Assembly (NCBI GenBank): GCA_041739995.1
Contig: JBGSMV010000061.1
Location: 42,102-106,101, forward strand
Length of the DNA stretch: 64,000 nt
DNA from: Bdellovibrionota bacterium
GTDB taxonomy: Bacteria; Bdellovibrionota_C; UBA2361; JBGSMV01
Direction: 5' to 3'
Shown here: piece after piece, positions 1 through 9,310 of the stretch
How the letters are laid out: every line of letters begins with the position of its first letter
How positions within the stretch are numbered: position 1 is the stretch's first letter
Translations under genes and position numbers: made by a program
The notes under the pieces: model-generated
What the model was told of the DNA's origin: nothing
The model's input: the letters and a program-made list of their open reading frames with translations, nothing else
The model's database searches: none

Positions 1-296
1 TCACAAATCATGACTGCCGAGATCCGAATGGACAGGTGGATTCAGAATATATGGTTAACGGAGGATCCTATCGAACGTGTTGCACTTCTCGAACCTGGTT
101 AGGGTCAGCGCTGGCGGCTCGTATTATGGGAGCGGTTAATCAGTGGGATCACCCCGCATTCTTTGACTATGTGGATCGCTGGGTAGCTGAGCCAGAGACC
201 TGGTCGAATAGTACCACCAACTTTTACCGCGACATTTATGGTTACGGCGGTGATGGCGGAGGGTTCATGACCGCGATGTGGGCGACCTATCGCTAA
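1..296 (+). CDS. 3' end of a hypothetical protein (truncated by the window edge)
   Basis: Frame is open from position 3 (TNHDCRDPNGQVDSEY...YRTCCT...ALAARIMG...WDHPAFFDYVDRW) to TAA at 296; protein-like composition. Confidence 0.7.
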   Translation, partial: TNHDCRDPNGQVDSEYMVNGGSYRTCCTSRTWLGSALAARIMGAVNQWDHPAFFDYVDRWVAEPETWSNSTTNFYRDIYGYGGDGGGFMTAMWATYR

Positions 297-306
297 GGGG
301 GGGAAC

Positions 307-1392
307 TCAGCCCCCAATCAGGCTTGCTCTTAGCTGGCCGTGCTTCTTAAGAGTCTCTTCAGAGAGAAGATGTGGAGTATGCAACGGTGCAAAGGTGTTG
401 AGAAACGTACGTATGCGCGAACTGCTTTGAGCGAATAGATCCGCATCAATTTGCCCACTATCGAGCAGTTGTTCCACCAGTCGGGCGACGCGGAATGCGC
501 GCGCGGGATCGTGGTTAAACAGCAAAATATCACATCCAGCCATTGGCGCGCGCAGGGCAACTTCCTCGTCTGAATAATTCTGGGAAATGGCCTTCATGTC
601 TAAGTCATCGCTGATGATTACGCCATCGAATCCCAATGACTCTCTGGCGAGGTCATAAAGCACGAGAGGAGAGAGGGTGGCGGGGAAATCAGGATCGAGG
701 TGCGGGAAGAGAATGTGGGCGGACAGCAAAGCAGGAATTCCTGAGTTTATAATGGCATGGAAAGGAAGGAGCTCTCTTGCTTTAAGAGATTCCACTGAGC
801 TCAAAAGAGTGGGGAGTTCTTCATGGGAATCTTGAGAAGTATCTCCATGTCCCGGAAAATGTTTAGCGACTGGAGCAATCGCTTCAGCAAGTAGGCCGCT
901 TGAGAATTCGCAGGCGGCCTTGGCCACCTCTGCAGGGTCGCTAGAAAAAGCGCGTGCGCCAATAACGGGGTTTTTCGGATTCGAGTCAATGTCGACCACC
1001 GGGGAAAACGACATGTTAATTCCAATGCTGCGCAGCTCAACTCCCATCGCAGTGGCGACCTCATGTGCGCGGTGGCGATACTCTCGAGCAAAGGGGAAGT
1101 GGGTAATGGGCTTAGGAGTGCGATAAACTCGGCCACCTTCGTGATCTAGGGCGAAGACCATTGACGAGCGTGGAATGAGCGCGAGCACAGATTCCCGAAG
1201 TGCTGATAGCTCGTCTAGCCAACCCTGATAGGGCAGATGTGAGGCGAAGTTATGTGCTCTGAGGATTACACCCAGCGGCTTCATTGCGCTGAGCCACGAC
1301 GACTCCTCTTCAGTAAGCCGCGTGCCAGAGAGCCCAACGATGAAGTGGCGCCCAATCTCCTCGGACACAGAATCGGATGCGGACTTGCTCAC
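307..1392 (-). CDS. nagZ: Beta-N-acetylhexosaminidase (GH3)
   Basis: DHEGGRV, KHFPGHGDT..DSH and SDDLDM motifs of NagZ. Confidence 0.9.
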   Translation of the reverse strand: MSKSASDSVSEEIGRHFIVGLSGTRLTEEESSWLSAMKPLGVILRAHNFASHLPYQGWLDELSALRESVLALIPRSSMVFALDHEGGRVYRTPKPITHFPFAREYRHRAHEVATAMGVELRSIGINMSFSPVVDIDSNPKNPVIGARAFSSDPAEVAKAACEFSSGLLAEAIAPVAKHFPGHGDTSQDSHEELPTLLSSVESLKARELLPFHAIINSGIPALLSAHILFPHLDPDFPATLSPLVLYDLARESLGFDGVIISDDLDMKAISQNYSDEEVALRAPMAGCDILLFNHDPARAFRVARLVEQLLDSGQIDADLFAQSSSRIRTFLNTFAPLHTPHLLSEETLKKHGQLRASLIGG

Positions 1393-1721
1393 CGGTAAAA
1401 ATCCTCAAAATGGCGCGATCTGCGGTTAGGTTCGCCTGCGGCAAGGGGTTTGTCGAGGCTAATCGGTCGAAGTTTGTTCGAGCGTGTAAGGTCTAGATTC
1501 CTCAAGAAAACCAAGGGAGTTGGCCTGAAAACCGGCCTCTGTGCACTCTGTGGCAGGTTGTAGTACCCTTTTCTTAGCGCCTGAGGGGTTTACACCCCAG
1601 GGCAGCTGGTGCTGCGAGAGCAGCGAGCGTTAGTTCGAGTTTTTAGTGGGTGTGTAGAGTTAATCAGCAACTTTAGCCCCAAGACATTGAGCATTTACTG
1701 CAATTACAGGAATGACTCGTT

Positions 1722-2705
1722 ATGAAATCAAAGACCACAAGACCGGCTTGCCCGGCGCCTCAAGAATCAATCCGAAGAGGTCCCCAGTCTGCGGCTCCGG
1801 CCCCGACTCAGGTTTCCCGTGTAACTGTACCGTCTTTGGTGGCACGCAAGGTTGCGACGGGTGCTACTCCAATCTCAGCGCTGACCGCGTACGACGCGAC
1901 GTTCGCCCGGCTCTTCGACCGAGCAGGAGTCGACGTGTTGTTAGTGGGGGACTCCGTCGCCAGTGTTGTTCAGGGGCTTGAGACCACGATACCGGTGACA
2001 CTTGACGAGATGATTTATCACTGTCGATGTGTCGCGCGCGTGGTGAGGCATGCCCTGGTGGTGGGTGACATGCCATTTTTGTCCTACCAGGTATCAGTCG
2101 AAGAAGCGGTGCTCTCAGCGGGGCGGCTCCTGAAGGAAGGTGGTGTCGCCGCGGTAAAATTAGAAGGTGGTCTTGCAGTCGCGCGCACCATTGAAAGATT
2201 GGTGGGCTTTGACATTCCGGTGATGGGGCATGTGGGCCTTACGCCGCAGTCTTATCATCGCATGGGCGGGCACCGCGTTCAGGGACGCGTGCGCGGAAGT
2301 GCGCGGGATGCGGGTAGTGCCGAGCGAATTATTCTTGATGCCAAAGCCGTCGCGGCCGCTGGCGCTTTCGCGCTGGTAATCGAGGGTGTGCCGAGCGAAG
2401 TAGCAGCGGAGATAACTGCTTCTGTTTCTATTCCAACCATCGGCATTGGTGCAGGAGTGGAGTGCGATGGGCAGATACTTGTTGGGGCCGATGCGCTTGG
2501 GCTTAATCCTGAGTTTAGTCCACGCTTTGTGAGGAGGTTTGCAGAGTTGGGAAAAGCTACGATTGAGGCGACCGCAGATTTTTGTAGAACTGTTCAAGCA
2601 AGGGCGTTTCCAGGCAAGGAGCATTCAATAGCTACGAGTAAAGCGGCGGATGCATCGCCTGCAAAACGAACTATAAAAAAGCAAAAGTCGCCGCAGGAGG
2701 TTTAG
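1722..2705 (+). CDS. panB: 3-methyl-2-oxobutanoate hydroxymethyltransferase (true start may be ~1820)
   Basis: LTAYD, LLVGDS, VGDMPF, AVKLEGG, VMGHVGLTPQ, TIGIGAG..CDGQILV. Confidence 0.96.
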   Translation: MKSKTTRPACPAPQESIRRGPQSAAPAPTQVSRVTVPSLVARKVATGATPISALTAYDATFARLFDRAGVDVLLVGDSVASVVQGLETTIPVTLDEMIYHCRCVARVVRHALVVGDMPFLSYQVSVEEAVLSAGRLLKEGGVAAVKLEGGLAVARTIERLVGFDIPVMGHVGLTPQSYHRMGGHRVQGRVRGSARDAGSAERIILDAKAVAAAGAFALVIEGVPSEVAAEITASVSIPTIGIGAGVECDGQILVGADALGLNPEFSPRFVRRFAELGKATIEATADFCRTVQARAFPGKEHSIATSKAADASPAKRTIKKQKSPQEV

Positions 2706-2706
2706 G

Positions 2707-3117
2707 ATGATGGAAGGCTATCGACGGTTACTCAGAGGAAAAATTCATCGTGCTACAGTCACGCACGCCGATCTTCACTACGAGGGCAGCATTTCTTTGT
2801 CGCCGGAACTTTTAGAGGCGGCCGGGTTTGTTGAGTACGAAGCAGTAGCAATTTGGAATGTAACTAATGGTCAACGCTTCGAGACCTACACTATCTGCGG
2901 GGAGTCCGGTTCTCGAGATATTTCAATTAATGGCGCAGCCGCTCGTCTTGTCGCACCTGGTGATTTGATAATAATCGCGTGCTTCGAGCTCGTGCCCGAG
3001 GCAAAGGCCGCGACCCATCAACCGCGCCTGGTCTTTGTGGACGCGAAAAATCGAATGCTTCCGTCTCGCCCCGAGGTGCCGGGGCCCAAGCGGGCACCGC
3101 ATTTAGTCTCGGTGTAG
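2707..3117 (+). CDS. panD: Aspartate 1-decarboxylase proenzyme
   Basis: GKIHRATVT.ADLHYEGS self-cleavage site, RFETYTI, NGAAAR; directly follows panB. Confidence 0.96.
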   Translation: MMEGYRRLLRGKIHRATVTHADLHYEGSISLSPELLEAAGFVEYEAVAIWNVTNGQRFETYTICGESGSRDISINGAAARLVAPGDLIIIACFELVPEAKAATHQPRLVFVDAKNRMLPSRPEVPGPKRAPHLVSV

Positions 3118-3270
3118 TAGGGGCTCTGTAGAGTCGGTACTGAGCTTCTTGCCCGATGCCTTGAAAAGTGGGCACTCGACGGCTAACCTGACCCGCTGCT
3201 TTGTAAAAGTTGCAGATTAAAAGTTTCAGAAATTAATCGCCGCGATAAGGATCGGGCGAACTAGGCAGAT

Positions 3271-3735
3271 ATGGCTAAGGCGGAGGGTGCACATAAGGTC
3301 ATTTGCGATAATCGCAAAGCACGCTTCAATTACGAGATCATTGAAGTGTTCGAAGCGGGACTCGTGCTGACTGGTCCGGAGATCAAGTCTGCGCGTGCAG
3401 GTCACGTTAAGCTGGACGCAAGTTTTGTTCGAGCTGATGGTGATGAGTTGTTTCTTGTGCAAGCTCGAATTGAGCCCTACCAATTTGATTCCCAGCAAGT
3501 GCTAGATCCGAGCCGCAAGCGAAAGCTGCTTTTGAATCGGCGTGAGCTCGATAAGCTACGTAGCTCGATTGAGAAGAAGGGCCTGACGATTGTTCCGCTC
3601 CGAATGTACCTCAAGCGCGGCTTCGCCAAGATAGAGGTGGCTCTTGCACGTGGAAAGAACGTTGCCGACAAGCGTGACACCGTCAAGAAGCGTGAGGCCG
3701 ACCGAGAGGCACAGCGCGCCATGAAGCGCGGGTAA
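3271..3735 (+). CDS. smpB: SsrA-binding protein
   Basis: NRKARFNY, EAGLVLTG.EIKS, RKRKLLL, DKR tail; adjacent to tmRNA. Confidence 0.97.
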   Translation: MAKAEGAHKVICDNRKARFNYEIIEVFEAGLVLTGPEIKSARAGHVKLDASFVRADGDELFLVQARIEPYQFDSQQVLDPSRKRKLLLNRRELDKLRSSIEKKGLTIVPLRMYLKRGFAKIEVALARGKNVADKRDTVKKREADREAQRAMKRG

Positions 3736-3830
3736 GTATCCTAAGTCCCCAGGCCCTCAAATATCATCTTAGATCAGGTGGAAAAATGGCATTGGAAGCC
3801 TTATATAGGTGGAGAGATTGTAATTTTTAT

Positions 3831-4222
3831 GGGGGTGTCAAGGTATCGACGGGATTCAACGATGCGATAGTAAGCGTGCCCAGGGACCGCTGGCCTGGTA
3901 AAAAAGCGGAATCTAAGAAGTGCTAACACAGACTTCACTCGTAACGAACGTATGGCTCTAGCAGCCTAACGGACGCTACGAAAAAATAGATTCATAGCCA
4001 CAAGCTACGAATCGGTCGCGAGGCGCCATGCTCGTAACGTCACGCGACTCATTCTCGAGCTGGTTCCTCATCGCGTCGAATGGTGGGGAATGAGAAAACT
4101 TTCGACTGGCTGTTTCGTATCCTGTGGGTTGGAGACGGAGCAGTAAGATAAATCACTCACTACGCATGTAGAAAGCTATCGTTGACGCTTCTCGGACGCG
4201 GGTTCGACTCCCGCCACCTCCA
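3831..4222 (+). ncRNA. ssrA: tmRNA; tag ORF 3922-3969 encodes ANTDFTRNERMALAA
   Basis: 5' GGGGGTG..TCGAC pairs with 3' CACCTCCA; T-arm GCGGGTTCGACTCCCGC; tag ends in ALAA-TAA; lies downstream of smpB. Confidence 0.95.
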
Positions 4223-4388
4223 TTCGACTCGGCCATAAAGGCCTCGCTCATGGCAAGCCATCCCTTCCGAGTCGAATGGAGCCCTGAGCGACCGAGAGGG
4301 AGTCGAAGGGCTCTCTCCGACCAAAGTTCGAATTGGTTCGACTCGCGCCACAGGCGCGCGCTCATTTATGGTGAGCTTGTCGAAGGGC
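4223..4388. repeat. Cluster of REP-like palindromic units (TTCGACTCG..GCTCA / TGAGC..GTCGAAGGGC)
   Basis: Four alternating-orientation units at ~4223, 4285, 4337 and 4372, most with internal hairpins. Confidence 0.7.
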
Positions 4389-4404
4389 TTCTCTTGGCTA
4401 GGTT

Positions 4405-4662
4405 CTACAGGTTAGTCCAATCGCCTGCAATCAAGGCGTCCTTCTTTGATCTACTCCACCCTTTGATCTGTCGTTCCCGTTTAAAAGCGTTGGCTTTATT
4501 TTCAAACGTTTCTCTATAAACAATCTTCCAAGGCATGAATTTGCGAGTATGCCCACACCTACCTGAGTTGTGGTACTCCAGTCGCAGAATTAGGTCAGCG
4601 GTCGCGCCGATGTACAATTGCCCTGGATTGCTGAAACTTCTCAAAATATACACGTGATTCAC
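4405..4662 (-). CDS. Small GIY-YIG nuclease (YhbQ/UPF0213-like)
   Basis: VYIL...YIG.T..L..RL..HN...A.KRERQIKGWSR.KK.ALI. Confidence 0.88.
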   Translation of the reverse strand: MNHVYILRSFSNPGQLYIGATADLILRLEYHNSGRCGHTRKFMPWKIVYRETFENKANAFKRERQIKGWSRSKKDALIAGDWTNL

Positions 4663-4812
4663 GCGTATATATTCGGAGAATCGAACAAGAAGTTTCCTAT
4701 AACCAGTTTAGCTTTATATCCCGAGTTGAGTAGTACCAGAGGATGAGGTTTCTCCACGGTTTCTTTCGGTCCTTCCGTCCCTATTCGAAAGCCAGGAAGA
4801 ATGGTCTCCGCA

Positions 4813-5277
4813 CTATGCCTTTGAGCGAACCGGCGTCATCCTCACATACAACAACTTCTCCACCTCAGCGATAACTCCGCCATTTTCGTCCACGACCTGA
4901 GTCATGAGAGTGGTTTCGAACTTCCCGAGTTCCAACGCCTTGGAGCGAATGTCCTTCACTGTGCTCGAGGATATTGAGAACTTTGCAGAGACGGCACCTT
5001 TTCCAGGACGCTTAAAGCGAATAGTGGCAGCTTTGTCCCACACGATAAAATCAGGGCCAAGCTGCTTAATCAGGATGAGCATGAACCAGGGGTCACACAT
5101 CGAGTAGAGTGAGCCACCGTAATGCACGCCAACATAGTTGCGGTTCCACCAACGCATCTTCATCTGCACCTCTAGTGCTGACCAGTCCGTCTCGCGATGG
5201 ACCATGCGAATGCCGGCCCCTAGGAACGGAGGATACCAATTGATGAATCGATCGAATATTCGCTGTCTGGAGAACAT
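4813..5277 (-). CDS. Hotdog-fold thioesterase (DUF4442-like)
   Basis: NWYPPFLGAGI, NRNYVGVHYGGSLYSMCDP, VWDKAATIRF. Confidence 0.85.
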   Translation of the reverse strand: MFSRQRIFDRFINWYPPFLGAGIRMVHRETDWSALEVQMKMRWWNRNYVGVHYGGSLYSMCDPWFMLILIKQLGPDFIVWDKAATIRFKRPGKGAVSAKFSISSSTVKDIRSKALELGKFETTLMTQVVDENGGVIAEVEKLLYVRMTPVRSKA

Positions 5278-5334
5278 AGAAACTACCTTTTCGATGCAAT
5301 CACTGCATCAAGTGCGCTGATGGTGTAGGGTTAC

Positions 5335-6486
5335 ATGATGCAAATCACGACACCACGGGGAACAATCTTGTCGATGACCATGGTTTTCGGGTCATGGGCG
5401 AAATTTCAGCTAAGACTTGTAGCCCTTGCTGCTTGCCTGATTCTGCTTCAGCTCAACCGAGTGTGCGCTGAAAACCCGCGCGAATTGCCCACCGTTCGAA
5501 TCGGAGCGATTTCAAACCTAACGGGTGAAGGGTCGTCATGGGGTATTAATCATCAGCGCGGGACTATCCTGGCGATGGAACAGCGCAATTCGGCTGGAGG
5601 CATTAGAGGCCAAAAGGTCGAAATCTTGTTCGAGGATTCCCCGGGTGGAGTCGCGCGTAATGCGGTTTCTGCTTATCGCAAGCTGGTTGACCTAGAAAAG
5701 GTGCGGGTGATTCTTGGGCCCTTAATGGGGGATGAATTGCTGGCTGTTTCTCCGCTTTCCCTGAGAGATAAGGTTTTTATGGTGGGGGCGACCTATATGC
5801 CAAGGCTCCCTGATAACTTTTTCTCAACCTGGATTGATGTTGATCAGGAAAGCGATCTGCTGGCTGAGCGGCTGCGCGCTTCCTACGGAAGAATTGCGAT
5901 TTTAGGTTCACAGCAGAGTTGGGAAAGCGCGGTGGCGCACCGAGTGAGAGCGACATTTACGAAACTTGGAGGTGAAGTTGTTGGATTCGAGGAGCCGTCT
6001 TCCGATGCGAGCGATGTCGCAGCCGAGGTGCTCAGGATTAGTCGGGGGTCTCCGGAGGCGATAGTAATTTCTAGCTACTTCCTTCTCCCGCACTATGCGC
6101 GGGAAATTCACCGATTGGGACTTGCGGCTCAGTTGTTTGGGATTGAACTCGACCAGTCAGTCATCGATAGCTGTGAGGGTAGGGTTGAAGGACTACGATT
6201 TATCGGACCGACACCGCCAACGAAGGCATTCGTGGACGCGTTTCAAGTGAGATGGGGTTCGCCTCCTGATTTGCCGGCTGCGCATTCCTATGATGCCGCG
6301 CGCGTATTGTTTGCAGCGCTCGAACAAACCGATCAAAGCTTTGAGCAGCTAAAAGGCTATTTCTCCCGACTGCTTAAGTACGAAGGAGTGACGGGTACGA
6401 TCTCGAGTGCCACAAACAGCACTCCGCTTCGCACCTCATGGTACTCCGTCGTCGCCGGACGAGTTCAGCAAGAGCAAAGACCCTAG
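5335..6486 (+). CDS. Branched-chain amino acid-type ABC substrate-binding protein (orphan)
   Basis: Hydrophobic N-terminus; RIGAI..LTG, GGI.G.KVEI.FED, AA.SYDA, GVTG.I motifs of the LivJ family. Confidence 0.82.
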   Translation: MMQITTPRGTILSMTMVFGSWAKFQLRLVALAACLILLQLNRVCAENPRELPTVRIGAISNLTGEGSSWGINHQRGTILAMEQRNSAGGIRGQKVEILFEDSPGGVARNAVSAYRKLVDLEKVRVILGPLMGDELLAVSPLSLRDKVFMVGATYMPRLPDNFFSTWIDVDQESDLLAERLRASYGRIAILGSQQSWESAVAHRVRATFTKLGGEVVGFEEPSSDASDVAAEVLRISRGSPEAIVISSYFLLPHYAREIHRLGLAAQLFGIELDQSVIDSCEGRVEGLRFIGPTPPTKAFVDAFQVRWGSPPDLPAAHSYDAARVLFAALEQTDQSFEQLKGYFSRLLKYEGVTGTISSATNSTPLRTSWYSVVAGRVQQEQRP

Positions 6487-6508
6487 GGAACTTGCTCAGG
6501 GGCTCGTT

Positions 6509-6919
6509 TTAGCGGCTCACGCAGCCGAGTCCTCCAGGGAGCCGAATATCGCGACAGCCTCGTTTTTTTTCAGCCGAGGAGCAACGCTGCTCGCTCGGGC
6601 GAAAGCCAGAGGGGCAGTACTCTCTTGGGGGAGGTGGCGGAGTGGGGCGACTTTGAGCTTCTTCTAAACGTCTGCGCTCCTCTTCCAGGCGACGCCTTTC
6701 GTCTTCAGCTCGGTCGCGCTCGCGTTCAAGTTCTCTACGCTCATCGCGGAGTCGTCGCCGCTCTTGTTCGTTGTAATAGTCATCTTGTCCGTAGGGTTGC
6801 CCATACCCTTGTCCATACCCTGGAGAGTTTCCGTTTCCATCGTAGGGGAAGGTGGCGCAACTGGTAAGTGCCAAAAGAGAAAGCGTGAATATCACGGTGC
6901 TGAATACAGAAATCTTCAT
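6509..6919 (-). CDS. Hypothetical lipoprotein
   Basis: Lipobox LTSC; GY-rich segment, R/E coiled coil, poly-Pro and a 4-Cys tail. Confidence 0.75.
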   Translation of the reverse strand: MKISVFSTVIFTLSLLALTSCATFPYDGNGNSPGYGQGYGQPYGQDDYYNEQERRRLRDERRELERERDRAEDERRRLEEERRRLEEAQSRPTPPPPPREYCPSGFRPSEQRCSSAEKKRGCRDIRLPGGLGCVSR

Positions 6920-6944
6920 ACAGAGTCTCCTAGAACTGCAGTTC

Positions 6945-7379
6945 TTATGATTTGTGTTTAAGTAGGTCTCTAATCTCGGTAAGGAGGAGTTCTTCGCTGC
7001 TTGGTGCTGGCGGTGTCGAGGGTGTTGGAGCAGGCTTTGCCCGAAGCGAGTTAATAAATTTCACTAGCATAAACACGCAAAAGGCTAGGATGACGAAGTT
7101 AATCATTATAGTGACGAAGTTTCCAAAGGCGAGCACAGGACCGAGCTTTCTTGCTTCTGTAAGTACTGGAGGTACGGCGCTTTCGGTGCTGCCTAAGAAA
7201 AAGAAATAGTTAGAGAAGTCCACGCCACTACGCATAATGCCAGCGATAAGCGGCATGATGAGGTCATCAATCATCGAGCTTACAATTTTTCCGAAGGCGG
7301 CGCCGATAATGACACCGACAGCCATGTCGATGGCGTTGCCCTTGACAGCAAATTCACGAAATTCGTTTATGATCTTCAT
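6945..7379 (-). CDS. mscL: Large-conductance mechanosensitive channel
   Basis: EFREFAVKGNAIDMAVGVIIGAAFGKIVSS and LLTEIRDLL. Confidence 0.97.
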   Translation of the reverse strand: MKIINEFREFAVKGNAIDMAVGVIIGAAFGKIVSSMIDDLIMPLIAGIMRSGVDFSNYFFFLGSTESAVPPVLTEARKLGPVLAFGNFVTIMINFVILAFCVFMLVKFINSLRAKPAPTPSTPPAPSSEELLLTEIRDLLKHKS

Positions 7380-7487
7380 TTTCAATATCCTCGGACTCCG
7401 GTGCGAACAGGGCCAAGACTAATCTGGCGCGTGGCAGGATGTAAACGTGGACGTGGAAGGAACCAATTCGAACCAGGGGCGGACAAC

Positions 7488-7600
7488 TCGACTTCGCTCC
7501 TGATGGAGCTACGTCGGAGTCTAGCCTTCGCCGGAGGCTTGCCCGGACGAAGCCCTCTCGAATAATCGAATCACCATCGCCACTTGCAGGCGAAGTCTGG
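7488..7600. repeat. REP-like hairpin elements (CTTCGC..GCTACG / CGAAGC..GCGAAG family)
   Basis: GACTTCGCTCCTGATGGAGCTACGTC, GCTTGCCCGGACGAAGC and GGCGAAGTCTGG; related to units at 25744, 40033 and 59541. Confidence 0.5.
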
Positions 7601-7623
7601 ACCTAGCGGGAACGGGGGCCTAC

Positions 7624-8064
7624 CTAAGAGCGGGGCATAGACGCTTCGTCCCTAAGGTTTCTGGCACAATGGTGATTATAAATCGTTACGCAAAGTGGGT
7701 GTGCGGATGGGGATACGAGCTGAACCGCGGTTAAAAGCTCGGGGTCCTTAACTAGCGCATCAGCAATCAATGCCTGCGCAGCGATTGGGTTCCAACTCCC
7801 ATCCTGGGATTGAACTATTCGAGCCAACACGGCCGTAGCTTCGGCCCTTGCCAGTAAATCTGGTTGGCTAATGAAGCTGGTCTCCAGGTCAACTAGCAGG
7901 CGCCTGTCCCGCTCACCGAGTCTTGAAACGCTGTTCTCGTCGGTGATTGCGAGACGGTGTAGTTCTAGAAGTGAACCCCCTTCCGTCGTTTCAATACGGT
8001 CCGGAGGTCTTAAATCTTCGTGGTAGGGAGCTTCGTCGGGAGTGGGAAGAGGGGCGAATGTCAT
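7624..8064 (-). CDS. Hypothetical protein
   Basis: ORF of about 146 aa from the ATG (MTFAPLP); no recognised motif. Confidence 0.5.
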   Translation of the reverse strand: MTFAPLPTPDEAPYHEDLRPPDRIETTEGGSLLELHRLAITDENSVSRLGERDRRLLVDLETSFISQPDLLARAEATAVLARIVQSQDGSWNPIAAQALIADALVKDPELLTAVQLVSPSAHPLCVTIYNHHCARNLRDEASMPRS

Positions 8065-8341
8065 ATGCCGTACTGCTAACAAAACCCTCACACTTAATCA
8101 AATGGAATTAACATATCAGTAGGTTAGCAGGGTATTCGTTTAAATTGATTAGCGAGTCAATCGCGTTCACTCTTAAGTGATTCGTGCGCGTCGAGTAGAG
8201 GCGCTCCTATGCGGTATTTATCCAAGGGCTTCTACTCGACGCGTCGGGAGATGGGTTTTGTTTGGAGGAGCTTCGTGCTCTCTCCTACCCGTAAGCTTCG
8301 CGCGTCCCTATGTGCCACAGAGAGTGGCGAGGAAGGGGTTC

Positions 8342-8758
8342 ATGATGAACCGTACCTATGGATCGATGCGGCTCAGTTCGGGGGAGGTTTTGTCTCAGGC
8401 CATGGCTTTTAGCCGAAGAGTGGCTACTGGCTCGCTGGCGCGACCGCTGCGCACCGACGAAAGGCAGGTGTTGGCGGCGCTCGAGTACTTTGTTGCTACT
8501 CGGGGTGGAGAGGTGCGCGATCAGATTCCGATTGGGTTTGTTCGCTGTGTGTTCTCTTCGGGTCCTTCCGCTCGCTGGTGGAAAGACTCCTGCCCTGAGC
8601 CGCTTCCGTTCCGTCTTTCAGACAATCCAGGCCTCCGCAATTCGGCGGCCAGCGCATTGTCTGAGGGGCAGTTCGAAGAGGTCGGCGAAGAGTTCATACG
8701 GTACTCGGTTGGACTCGCGGTGCTGGACGTCGCCGATCGATTTCGTGTGGCGTGCTGA
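8342..8758 (+). CDS. Hypothetical protein
   Basis: ATG preceded by purine-rich GAGGAAGGGG; no recognised motif. Confidence 0.5.
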   Translation: MMNRTYGSMRLSSGEVLSQAMAFSRRVATGSLARPLRTDERQVLAALEYFVATRGGEVRDQIPIGFVRCVFSSGPSARWWKDSCPEPLPFRLSDNPGLRNSAASALSEGQFEEVGEEFIRYSVGLAVLDVADRFRVAC

Positions 8759-8977
8759 GTGACTGTGAAGAGTGGAGTAACCCAGGTGCGAGTGAGACAA
8801 AGCGGAGCTTTGTATCCTCGCACCTGGTGTTTTGGTTTGTATTCCCGACGCGTTGATCCCTCTATCTTACAATCTTCAATGAGCATCACGGGCCATTAAG
8901 AACCTTATGTGACTATCCGCGGGTGTGAATTGTCGCGCTCTTTGGTGCCAATTAAGCACTTGAATCTCCGTCGAGAG

Positions 8978-9283
8978 ATGATTATCCATTCCCCTATGAC
9001 TGAGTATTTCATGCCATATGCCGGTGAAGCGCCGGCGACCGTATTGATAAACGGCCATCGAGTGGTATTGGTCACCCGCGACTCCGATCAGCTCGAATCT
9101 GACCTCGAGTCTGTGGGCGGTGATCGTGTATGTGCCATAGACGAGACTGAATTTGACAGCGAGGAACAACTTTTGACCTACTTCGCACAGACTACCAACG
9201 CCCATGTAGTGATGACGCCATCGGAAGTCTCGCTTTCGGTAGTGCTTGAGGGGCTTGAGCGTGAGTTGCCCTGGATTCAATAG
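8978..9283 (+). CDS. Hypothetical protein (start uncertain)
   Basis: Acidic ORF of about 100 aa ending ELPWIQ. Confidence 0.55.
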   Translation: MIIHSPMTEYFMPYAGEAPATVLINGHRVVLVTRDSDQLESDLESVGGDRVCAIDETEFDSEEQLLTYFAQTTNAHVVMTPSEVSLSVVLEGLERELPWIQ

Positions 9284-9310
9284 TAAGACTTAGAGCTACT
9301 CTTCTTGTCC

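Noticed and set aside
4153..4519. ORFs overlapping the tmRNA 3' end
   Set aside because: Shadows of ssrA, the repeats and the GIY-YIG gene.
4223..9300. Prophage or integrative element at ssrA or the tRNAs
   Set aside because: No integrase, phage genes or distal att duplication seen.
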